A DNA stretch of 64,000 nt from Candidatus Xenobia bacterium (GTDB lineage: Bacteria; Vulcanimicrobiota; Xenobia; Xenobiales; QWHO01), in the NCBI GenBank assembly GCA_045863235.1, contig BTUM01000004.1:88621-152620 (forward strand), read 5' to 3'. The notes under the pieces are model-generated. The model had not been told where the DNA came from. It made no database searches and worked only from the letters and a program-made list of their open reading frames with translations. The position numbers and the translations under genes were made by a program. Shown one piece after another: positions 1 to 7,722 of the stretch. The number at the start of each line of letters is the position of its first letter. The first letter of the stretch is position 1.

Positions 1-1188
1 CAGCCGCCGCTCGACCTGCTCGACGAGGTGGAGCGCACCCTCGGCCTGCGAACCATCCCCATGAACTGGCCCCTGGGCAACGGGCCGTCTTTCCGAGGGG
101 TATTCGACCGGCGCACCAGGGAGGTTCACCTTTTCGAGCGCGTGGCCCACGGCTCCAAGGCCGCCTCGGTGCAGGTGATGGATCCCAACTCCCCCGAGGT
201 GGAACGACTGATGGACGACCAGAGCGCCTACAAGGCGTTCCGGGAGGAGCTCGAGCTCCTGGAGATGGCGGGCGAGGAGTTCGACGCCGAGGCTTTCGCC
301 ACCGGCCGGTTGACCCCGGTCTACTTCGGCAGCGCGGTCAGCAACTTCGGGGTGCAGCTCTTTCTGGACCAGTTCCTCGATCTGGCTCCCCAGCCGGCCG
401 CGAGGCGCACCGACGGCGAGCCGGTGCTTCCCCAGAGCCCGGAGTTCTCAGGCTTCGTGTTCAAGATCCAGGCCGACATGAACCCCCGCCATCGCGACCG
501 GGTGGCCTTCATGCGCATCTGCTCGGGCCAGTTCGAGCGCGGCATGAAGGTGCAGTGCGTGCGCACTGGGGCTACCATCCGCCTGAGCTACCCCCAGCAG
601 CTCTTTGCCCAGGAGCGACAGACCGTCGAGGAGGCCTACGCCGGCGACGTGGTGGGTCTGGTCAACTCGGGCGAACTCTATCTGGGCGACACTTTGCTGG
701 GCGGGGGGAAGAAATTCCGCTTCGAGCCCATCCCACTCTTTCCGCCCGAGCACTTCGCCCGCGTCACGCTGGTCGACCCCTCGCGGCGCAAGGCCTTCCA
801 GAGGGCCCTGGACCAGCTCAGTCACGAGGGCGCCGTGCAGATTTTCTACCTCACTGACGGCCACAGCCGAGACGTGGTCATGGGCGCGGTGGGCCGACTG
901 CAGTTCGAGGTGGTGCAGTATCGCATCAAGAACGACTACTCGGTGGACTGCCGCTTCGAGGTGCTCCCCTTCCAGCTGTGCCGCTGGCTGGAGGGGCCTC
1001 CCGACTCGCTGGCCAAGTTCTCCCCCACCCGCACCACGCGTCTGGCGGTCGATCCAGACAATCGCCCGGTGGCGCTCTTTCCGGGTCAGTGGGACCTGGA
1101 CTACACGGCCGAAAAGAACCCTGACCTCATCTTCCACTCGGTCAATCCCAAGGGGTTGCAGGCGCCCGTCACCGAGGAAGAGGACTGA
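1..1188 (+). CDS. prfC: Peptide chain release factor 3 (RF3), 5'-truncated at the window edge
   Basis: The reading frame is open from nt 1 (track ORF 28..1188 is its in-frame tail). The translation QPPLDLLDEVERTLGLRTIPMNWPLGNGPSFRGVFD... matches the conserved RF3 segment, cf. E. coli ...APITWPIGMG.... TGA stop at 1186-1188. Confidence 0.85.
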   Translation, partial: QPPLDLLDEVERTLGLRTIPMNWPLGNGPSFRGVFDRRTREVHLFERVAHGSKAASVQVMDPNSPEVERLMDDQSAYKAFREELELLEMAGEEFDAEAFATGRLTPVYFGSAVSNFGVQLFLDQFLDLAPQPAARRTDGEPVLPQSPEFSGFVFKIQADMNPRHRDRVAFMRICSGQFERGMKVQCVRTGATIRLSYPQQLFAQERQTVEEAYAGDVVGLVNSGELYLGDTLLGGGKKFRFEPIPLFPPEHFARVTLVDPSRRKAFQRALDQLSHEGAVQIFYLTDGHSRDVVMGAVGRLQFEVVQYRIKNDYSVDCRFEVLPFQLCRWLEGPPDSLAKFSPTRTTRLAVDPDNRPVALFPGQWDLDYTAEKNPDLIFHSVNPKGLQAPVTEEED

Positions 1189-1191
1189 GCT

Positions 1192-1656
1192 TTACTGCTT
1201 GAAGCTTTTGACGAACTTGGCGTGATCGCACTGGCCGGTGGTCATGATCACGAACAGCTTGTCCTTTTCGGGAGCCGGAACCACCCGGATCTTCATCTGC
1301 TGACCGTTGGCGGTCTTCCCCTCCAGGTCGACACTGGAGCCGGGGCCATTGGCCCGTTTGACCCCGGTCATCTTCTGGGTCATTCCCGTCAAGAAATCCT
1401 CGAGGTTACTCTGCTTCTCCTTGGCGCTCATCTCCTTGTAGCCAGGAAAGGACGCGTAACCGGCCATGTAGGCAAACTGTCCGGGCTCGGATAGAGCCCA
1501 CAGGTTGAAGCGGGGATCATTTGAGGCCAGGGCGGGCGTGCCGGGGAAGTCGATGCTGAAGCTCTTATCGGGGGGCTGGAACTTCGACCAGTCCTGGGCA
1601 CCGGCCGCGAGGAGCAACTGAAGGCAGAGAATCAGGCAAAGGAGTGGTCGGAGCAT
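1192..1656 (-). CDS. Hypothetical secreted protein (N-terminal signal peptide)
   Basis: 154-aa ORF with ATG at 1654-1656. The N-terminus MLRPLLCLILCLQLLLAAGAQD is a typical Sec signal peptide. Balanced composition and no recognisable domain. Confidence 0.5.
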   Translation of the reverse strand: MLRPLLCLILCLQLLLAAGAQDWSKFQPPDKSFSIDFPGTPALASNDPRFNLWALSEPGQFAYMAGYASFPGYKEMSAKEKQSNLEDFLTGMTQKMTGVKRANGPGSSVDLEGKTANGQQMKIRVVPAPEKDKLFVIMTTGQCDHAKFVKSFKQ

Positions 1657-1734
1657 GGCTTCCTCCTGACTTGCATCTTGGGGACACAGAACGTCGAGGC
1701 TCCATGCTTCAGTCAGGGCAGAGCCTTCTCCTGC

Positions 1735-2772
1735 TCAAAGGTGCCGCAGCAAACCATCCTCGGCAGCGGCGAAGTAGGGCTCCAGCGACTCGGCGTGACT
1801 GAGCATCTCGCCCTCCACGATGTCCAGGGCCAGGTCCTGGTCGTCCATGGCAAGCGAGTAAAAACGCAGCACTTTTTCAGCCAGGTAGAGGGCGGCCAGA
1901 CGGGACAGCACCGAGCTGCCCAGCAGCAGGTACTTCCGAAAGAGCAGGTGCTCGAGGTAGCGTTGGTCAGGCGCTCTGGCCAGGGGAAGCTGGGCCAGGC
2001 TGACCGGGCGCTGGGCCCGGGGAGGCTGCCAGGCCTGGCCCGCCTGCAGGATCGCGGTGCCCGCTTGCATCTCGGCCAGGTCCCTGCCTTCCAGGGCTCC
2101 CATGAGGCCGGCCATCAGCGTGGTCTCGAAGGCCTGCAGCAACTCATTCTGTTCAGGAGTGGGCAGAGTGGTCCACTCTTCCCTCAAAGTGGCTTCCCAG
2201 GGTGCCTGGCTGGCTGCCCGGGCCGGCACCGCCAGCATGCGCCAGGGGTCGGAAAGGCTCTCGCGTGCAAAGGACTCCAGCGAGAGATAGCCGGCCCAGT
2301 CAAGGAAGTGTCCTGGCGTCAAAGGGATCGGGCCCTCCCCGACCCGGGGGTACTGCCCGGTAGCCCGCAGCTCCTCGAGTTGAGGGCGGTGCACCTCCAT
2401 CGGCCGGCCCACTTGCTGCTTGACTGCCGTGCAGCGAAAGCTCAGGCCGGCGAATGGGCCGTCCGGGGTCTCCACCAGGAAGAAGGGGAACTGCCGGCAG
2501 GCGCGGGGCTTGGCTGCAGCGCCGAGCTCGGCATGCACGGCGCACAGCATGTCGGACCTGAGAAAAACGCACTTGTCATCCTCGGGCCGAAAGCCCAGGC
2601 GGTGGAGCCCGTCGTTACAGGCCACGAAGGGCTGGTAGCCCTGCTTTCTGGCCTGCTCGGCCAGCTCAGTCTTCTCCAGCCGCTGGCGGGCCTCTTCCTC
2701 CACCAGCACACGCCAGTGCCCGCAGCTCTTGCCGCACTGGATACAGTCGTAGCGGAGGGGGGGAAAGTGCAT
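1735..2772 (-). CDS. YkgJ/UPF0153-family putative Fe-S or zinc-chelating domain protein
   Basis: Internal ATG at 2770-2772 (M147 of track ORF 1735..3210). The upstream 146 codons are an Arg/Ser-rich frame extension. The product begins MHFPPLRYDCIQCGKSCGHW and continues ...FVACNDGLHRLGFRPEDDKCVFL...CAVH...CRQFPF, the cysteine pattern of the YkgJ / flagellin N-methylase-like family. Confidence 0.6.
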   Translation of the reverse strand: MHFPPLRYDCIQCGKSCGHWRVLVEEEARQRLEKTELAEQARKQGYQPFVACNDGLHRLGFRPEDDKCVFLRSDMLCAVHAELGAAAKPRACRQFPFFLVETPDGPFAGLSFRCTAVKQQVGRPMEVHRPQLEELRATGQYPRVGEGPIPLTPGHFLDWAGYLSLESFARESLSDPWRMLAVPARAASQAPWEATLREEWTTLPTPEQNELLQAFETTLMAGLMGALEGRDLAEMQAGTAILQAGQAWQPPRAQRPVSLAQLPLARAPDQRYLEHLLFRKYLLLGSSVLSRLAALYLAEKVLRFYSLAMDDQDLALDIVEGEMLSHAESLEPYFAAAEDGLLRHL

Positions 2773-2920
2773 GGTGGCTGAAAAGCGAGCTGCACCCCAT
2801 TCCGGCCAAGAAACGCAGGTGCAGCGGGAGGAGCAGTTGCGTGCCCCGCTCATCTTGTTCCGCTCGTTGAATGGCGATTCCTTCCCAGGGGAGGATTCCC
2901 CCCACGGGGAATTAATGCAA

Positions 2921-2991
2921 GCGTAGCGCGCAGCGAGCTTGCGAGCGAAGTCACGAGGTGTGCGTAGCGCGTAGCGAGCTTGCGAGCGAAG
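2921..2991 (+). repeat. Tandem direct repeat (2 x 30 nt, 29/30 identical, 11-nt spacer) in the 5' region of the AAA+ ATPase operon
   Basis: gcgtagcgcgCagcgagcttgcgagcgaag (about 2921-2950) and gcgtagcgcgTagcgagcttgcgagcgaag (about 2962-2991), ending roughly 15 nt before the SD (ggaaaaggag) and ATG at 3005. A 7-bp inverted repeat ATTCCCC-ccac-GGGGAAT lies just upstream at about 2896-2913. Confidence 0.5.
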
Positions 2992-3004
2992 GAAAAGGAG
3001 TCCC

Positions 3005-3847
3005 ATGTCGGCCGAGAAGTCCACCACCCCCCAGACCGTCGAAATCGACGGAGTGACCCTGCACCTGACCCACCCCGACGAGCTGCCCATCAAGTGGGTC
3101 GGGCAAGACGACCTGATCGCCCAACTGCTCGCCTCCTGGGTCGTGCTCGAGCAGCGCGACCTGCCTCTCAACCCGCGCCTGCTGGGCAAGCCTGGAGTGG
3201 GCAAGACCACCCTGGCCTACGCCGCCGGCAAGAAGATGGGGCGTGAGGTGTACCTGTTCCAGGCCACCATGGATACCCGCCCCGAGGACCTGATTATCTC
3301 GCCCGTGGTCTCGGCCGAGCAGTCGATCCGCTACGTAGCCAGCGCCGTGGTCACGGCCATGGTGCGCGGCGGAGTGCTGATCCTGGACGAGGGCAACCGC
3401 ATGAGCGAGAAATCGTGGGCCTCCCTGGCCCCCCTGCTGGATGCCCGCCGCTACGTCGAGTCCCTGGTGGCGGGCATCAAGGTCAAAGCCCACCCAGAAT
3501 TCCGCTTCTGTGCCACCATGAACGACGACTCCTCCACCTTCGAGCTGCCCGAGTACATCCACTCGCGCCTGCAGCCGCAGATCCTGGTGGACTTCCCCGA
3601 CAAGGACGAAGAGCTCTCGATTTTGCAGGAGAACCTGCCCTTCATGGACCTGGCCGTCCTGAGCTATGTGGCCGACTTCCTCCAGCGGGCCCACCGGGCC
3701 GACGAGCGCTACTCGGTGCGCGACGGAATCAACATCGCCCGCTACGCCGGAAAGATCGGCCGCGAGCTGGGTCTGGAGCCCCCGGTGGCCCTCAAGCGAT
3801 CGATCGCCCAGGTGCTGGGAGAAGAGGCGCTGGTGTATGGGCCGTGA
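3005..3847 (+). CDS. MoxR/CbbQ/NorQ-type AAA+ ATPase (AAA_5-like)
   Basis: 280 aa. Walker A is LLGKPGVGKTTLAYAAG, Walker B is GGVLILDEGNRM. Its size and motif spacing are typical of MoxR-class chaperone ATPases. SD ggaaaaggag lies 6 nt upstream of the ATG. Confidence 0.8.
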   Translation: MSAEKSTTPQTVEIDGVTLHLTHPDELPIKWVGQDDLIAQLLASWVVLEQRDLPLNPRLLGKPGVGKTTLAYAAGKKMGREVYLFQATMDTRPEDLIISPVVSAEQSIRYVASAVVTAMVRGGVLILDEGNRMSEKSWASLAPLLDARRYVESLVAGIKVKAHPEFRFCATMNDDSSTFELPEYIHSRLQPQILVDFPDKDEELSILQENLPFMDLAVLSYVADFLQRAHRADERYSVRDGINIARYAGKIGRELGLEPPVALKRSIAQVLGEEALVYGP

Positions 3848-6047
3848 GCCCTTTGCTCTCAAGCACGGAAAGGTACTGATCGTTCCGGTCTGCCACTACC
3901 AGATGGAGTTCGCCCAGGCGGTGCGGCAGGCCATCCGGGCCTTCCAGCCGGCCCAGATCGCCATCGAGCTGGCCCCCTTCCTTCGCCAGCGCTACCTGGA
4001 AGCGGTCCAACGGCTACCCTACCTCTCCGTGCTCGTCTACGGCACGGAGGAGGCTCCCGAGTTCATGCCCGTGGATCCCTGCGACGCCTTTACCGAGGCG
4101 GCTCGCTCGGCTCTCGAGCGCGACATCCCGCTCCACTTTGTGGATCTGGCCCTGAAGTACCCCGGGATCTTCGAGCCCATGCCCGACTCCCATGCGCTCT
4201 ACCGCATCGGTCTGGAAGAGTACTGGAACGCCTATCACGAGGCCGCCGCCAACGCTCCCAGGGCCCCCGAGGACCAGCTTCGGGAGGCCCACATGGCCTT
4301 CGAGATCGAGCGCCAGCTCGAGCAGGGCTCGCTGCTGCTCGTCTGCGGCATGGCCCACGCCGCGCGCATCCTCGAGCACCTCCAGGCGGGCACTGGGCGG
4401 CGCGAGCGCCACGACCGCGAGGACCAGGTCGAGCTCTACAACATCCACGAGGCCATGTACAGCATGCTGGGCATGGACACCCCTTTCTGCGCCACCGCCT
4501 ACCAGATCGCCCGCAACGGTTTCGGGCCCGACGAGGCCTGGGAGCCCCCTCAGGTCAAGGAGCCCCCCATCCCCGCGAGCTCCTCGCGACTCGAGCAGCT
4601 CGAGCGCAAGGATGCCATCCAATCCCTCGAGCGGTTGCTGGGTATGACCCCAAAGGACCAGAAGGCCGCCAAGAAGGACCCCCACTGGGCTCAGGAGCTC
4701 AAGCGCCTGCTGGCCCTCAAGCTGCAAGAGCTGAAAGAGCGCCAGCTGGATGTCAACTCGCTGCTAGAAGGACCGCTCGAACGTCCGGCTGAGCTCGAGA
4801 ACGCCCCCCAGGTGCCCCGCCACCTGGTGCGGGTCTTCACCTTCAAGACCTGCAAGGACCGCAAGCGCGAACTGCGCCAGACCTTCCAGAAACTGGTGGA
4901 GCAGTACTGGAGCCCGGACGGCTACCTCGACCGCCACCGCATGTTGCTCGCTCTGTGGGAGATCTCCGGGCGCCATTACGAGGACAATACCGGCGAGCAG
5001 ATCAAGAAGTGGCAGAAGCGAGTGATGCTGCAGTTCACCCGCAACTACTGCACCCTCACGGGGGGCATTCTGCCCACCCTCTACCAATCGGTGGTCGGGG
5101 CTCGCGGAGTGGCCGATGACAACTATGCCTGGGAGTTGTGGGAGCTGGGCCTCTTCTATCCCTGGGTGGACGAGAGCGGGCGCTATGAGACGATCTCGAT
5201 GGAAGGCGACGAGATCAACGTGGGTGGGCGCCGTATGCGCTTCGAGACCATCTGGTTCCACCGCCGTATCCCGCGGTTACGCGAACGCCCCTTGCCCATC
5301 AAGTCGCGCAAGAAGGAGGAGAATCCCGGCGAGTGGAGCGAGGACTTCAAGAAGGGCACGATCTGCTCGTATCCCCCGGAAGACGTGATCATCGAAGACT
5401 ACGGTCGCTATCTGCAAAAGAAGGCCATCACCGTGCTGAGCGAGGAGCGCACCCGGGTGGAGCCGTTCACCTCCAGCCTGCTCGACGGCCTGGACATGCG
5501 CGAGACTATCCGCAACTGGGCCGATGGCCAGCAGCTCTACGTGCGCGAGACCCAGAAGATCCAGGGCGGCACCGGCTCGGTGGTGCTGATCTTCGATGAG
5601 GACCTGGACGACCGGCGCTTTCCCTGGAAGATGACATGGCACGGCGAGCACGCCCAGGAATCGGACATGGCCTTCTACGCCACCCCGGCCCAGGCCAAGA
5701 TCGTAGGCCCGGGCATCGCCCGCTGCGAGTATGGCGGGCTGATGCTCACCTATCCCCCGCGACGGTTGCTCGATGTCTGGAGCGATCCCTTCTATCGAGA
5801 GCAGTGCAAGACCAAAGCCGAGATGCTGCTGCTGGCGGGCCTTGAGTACTCGGAGGACAAACACGTGGCCTACGTGGCCGCCAAGCCTCCTCGCACTTAC
5901 TTTCGCACCCTGGCCAGCCGGCTCAACCGCAAGATTGTCTACCTGCCCATCGGGCAGCTCTCGCCGGTCAGCCTCAAGAAAATTCGCGTCTTTCACGTGC
6001 TGTCCGGGCACCGGCTGCGCAAGATCGCCAAGGACTACATCTGGTAG
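3837..6047 (+). CDS. Large (736 aa) uncharacterised partner protein of the AAA+ ATPase, possibly DUF5682-like
   Basis: ATG at 3837-3839 overlaps the last 11 nt of the ATPase gene, indicating translational coupling. N-terminus is MGREPFALKHGKVLIVPVCHYQMEFAQAVRQAIRAF.... Composition is balanced (W, Y, K, N present) and there is no VWA/MIDAS motif. The DUF5682 family assignment is from memory, not from a search. Confidence 0.55.
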   Translation: MGREPFALKHGKVLIVPVCHYQMEFAQAVRQAIRAFQPAQIAIELAPFLRQRYLEAVQRLPYLSVLVYGTEEAPEFMPVDPCDAFTEAARSALERDIPLHFVDLALKYPGIFEPMPDSHALYRIGLEEYWNAYHEAAANAPRAPEDQLREAHMAFEIERQLEQGSLLLVCGMAHAARILEHLQAGTGRRERHDREDQVELYNIHEAMYSMLGMDTPFCATAYQIARNGFGPDEAWEPPQVKEPPIPASSSRLEQLERKDAIQSLERLLGMTPKDQKAAKKDPHWAQELKRLLALKLQELKERQLDVNSLLEGPLERPAELENAPQVPRHLVRVFTFKTCKDRKRELRQTFQKLVEQYWSPDGYLDRHRMLLALWEISGRHYEDNTGEQIKKWQKRVMLQFTRNYCTLTGGILPTLYQSVVGARGVADDNYAWELWELGLFYPWVDESGRYETISMEGDEINVGGRRMRFETIWFHRRIPRLRERPLPIKSRKKEENPGEWSEDFKKGTICSYPPEDVIIEDYGRYLQKKAITVLSEERTRVEPFTSSLLDGLDMRETIRNWADGQQLYVRETQKIQGGTGSVVLIFDEDLDDRRFPWKMTWHGEHAQESDMAFYATPAQAKIVGPGIARCEYGGLMLTYPPRRLLDVWSDPFYREQCKTKAEMLLLAGLEYSEDKHVAYVAAKPPRTYFRTLASRLNRKIVYLPIGQLSPVSLKKIRVFHVLSGHRLRKIAKDYIW

Positions 6048-6415
6048 TGCTCTCGCTGCGCTGGCCCCGGCTCTGCAGGCTGGTGGAGAAAGCGGGTACG
6101 ACCCCGGTCTGGCTGCACGGACGGGTGCTCCGGTTGCGCGAGGAGACGGGCGAGTACGAGGGCGACCACCAGTATGCCGGCCACCTCGACTGGCACTTTG
6201 CCGAGGTGCTGGCCCGGGTCGTGAGCCTGAGCCGGCTCACCCCCCAGGGGCCCGACGAGCCCCTGCCGGCGCCCCGAGATGTCACCGTCAACTTCGACCC
6301 CTTCCCGGACGGACTGCGCTCGGGAGTGGAGTTCCGGGTAGCCGGACGGCTCTTTCCCGACGGCCGCATCGAGCCCGTCACCGAGAGCCTGGAGCTGATC
6401 AAGCGCGAGCAGTGA
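6047..6415 (+). CDS. Small hypothetical protein (122 aa), translationally coupled to the upstream gene
   Basis: The GTG start at 6047 overlaps the TAG stop of the upstream gene by 1 nt (TAGTG). The product MLSLRWPRLCRLVEKAGTTPVWLHGRVLRLREETGEYEGDHQYAGHLDWHF... has balanced composition and no recognisable domain. Confidence 0.45.
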   Translation: MLSLRWPRLCRLVEKAGTTPVWLHGRVLRLREETGEYEGDHQYAGHLDWHFAEVLARVVSLSRLTPQGPDEPLPAPRDVTVNFDPFPDGLRSGVEFRVAGRLFPDGRIEPVTESLELIKREQ

Positions 6416-6468
6416 AGCCGAGTCCGGCAGCGAGGGGAACTCCGCGAAGAAAGCAGAACCCCGCCGGG

Positions 6469-7122
6469 ATGGAGTTCGATGACCAGCGCCTGGGTGAGCG
6501 TCTGCGCCAGGCCCGCGAGGCGCGCGGCTGGAGTCTTTCGGAGCTGGCCGCAGGGGTAGGCTACCCACCCGAGATGGTGGCCGAGTGGGAGAGCGGCCAA
6601 CGCTCCCTCAAACCCCGTCTGCTCTATCGGCTGGCCCAGGTGCTGGGTACCCCCGTGGCCCGCCTTTTCGACGAGGACGAGAACCGCTTCATCCCCTGGA
6701 ACCCCAATACCGGACGGCTGGACATCTGCCTTCACTGCGGCGCCCGCGAGCACGCCGCCGAAGCTGCCCACTGCAGCGAGTGCGGCTACCAACTGGAGAC
6801 TTCACAGTGCACTGGCGAATTGGAGGATGCCTACCTGGGCATGTCCCGGCCCTGTCTCAACCTGATCCCCCCCGGCCAGATGCACTGCCAGAACTGCGGC
6901 ACCCCCTCGCTGTGGGCCGAGCTCTCCGACCGCCTGCCCCGGCGCGGCCTGCATGCCGTGGAGGGATTGGTGGAGGCTCCCGCTCGGGGCGAGCTGGAGC
7001 TGGCCCTGGAGCGGCTCGAGGAGCTCGAGCATGGCCTTCGCGAGGTGCGCCTGCAGCTCGAGCGTCTGGCCGGCCGGCCGAGCAAGGTGGAGCGCAGTTC
7101 ACATCCTGACGCAAAGCGTTAA
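6469..7122 (+). CDS. XRE-family HTH transcriptional regulator with two zinc-ribbon motifs and a C-terminal coiled coil
   Basis: In-frame ATG at 6469 (the track ORF 5773..7122 has an Arg/Pro-rich leader artefact). The HTH region is LGERLRQAREARGWSLSELAAGVGYPPEMVAEWESGQRSL. Zinc-ribbon-like pairs are CLHCG...HCSECG and CLNL...HCQNCG. Confidence 0.7.
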   Translation: MEFDDQRLGERLRQAREARGWSLSELAAGVGYPPEMVAEWESGQRSLKPRLLYRLAQVLGTPVARLFDEDENRFIPWNPNTGRLDICLHCGAREHAAEAAHCSECGYQLETSQCTGELEDAYLGMSRPCLNLIPPGQMHCQNCGTPSLWAELSDRLPRRGLHAVEGLVEAPARGELELALERLEELEHGLREVRLQLERLAGRPSKVERSSHPDAKR

Positions 7123-7182
7123 CACGCCCCAGGCGGGTTCTGGCTTAGAGTCGCCCCATCTCAGAGAGGACGACTCAGACCA

Positions 7183-7686
7183 ATGCAGATCAGCCAGCTG
7201 ACCACCTATAACCTTCCCCGGACCGCCAACGCTCCCGTGGCGGGGAAGTCCGCGCCTCCGGTTCAGGAAGAGCCGGCGGACCGTATTGAAGCATTTTACA
7301 CCGGGGCGGCCAACACCGCCAAGTGGATGTCGCGCATCGACGGCGCCGTACTCGGCGGCGTCATCGGGCTGGCCGTGGGCGCCACCGTGGGGGCAGCCGT
7401 CTTCGGAGCCGGCGGGACCGGAATGGGCTCCTTCCTCATCGCCAGCGGTCTGGCCGTGGGCGGCGGTGCCGGCGGCTACACCGCCTTCGACCGGCTGAGC
7501 GCCTTTGGCGGCAAGATCGGCCGGGGCCTGGACGAGGGCAACGACCTGCGCGGCGAGGCTCTGGGCCGGGTGGGCGTGAACATGGGCCTCAGTCTGCTCG
7601 CGGGCAACTGGCGAGCGGTGGCCCTGAACGCCGCCATCCCGCTCGTCGGTGGTGCCGTCAACTACGCCCTGGCTGGCGATCGATAA
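7183..7686 (+). CDS. Small glycine-zipper-like membrane protein
   Basis: 167 aa with Gly/Ala-rich hydrophobic stretches (GGVIGLAVGATVGAAVFGAGGTGMG...LAVGGGAGGY). A T8 run follows the stop. Confidence 0.5.
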   Translation: MQISQLTTYNLPRTANAPVAGKSAPPVQEEPADRIEAFYTGAANTAKWMSRIDGAVLGGVIGLAVGATVGAAVFGAGGTGMGSFLIASGLAVGGGAGGYTAFDRLSAFGGKIGRGLDEGNDLRGEALGRVGVNMGLSLLAGNWRAVALNAAIPLVGGAVNYALAGDR

Positions 7687-7722
7687 GCTTTTTTTCAGTC
7701 CGGGGGGGCACACTCTGCGGGT

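Noticed and set aside
1735-3210. N-terminal 146 codons of track ORF 1735..3210
   Set aside because: The extension is Arg/Ser/Cys-rich junk that runs into the intergenic repeat region. The conserved YkgJ domain begins at the internal ATG (2772).
5773-6468. First 232 codons of track ORF 5773..7122
   Set aside because: The Arg/Pro/Ala-rich translation overlaps the real 3837..6047 and 6047..6415 genes in other frames. The HTH protein starts at the in-frame ATG 6469.
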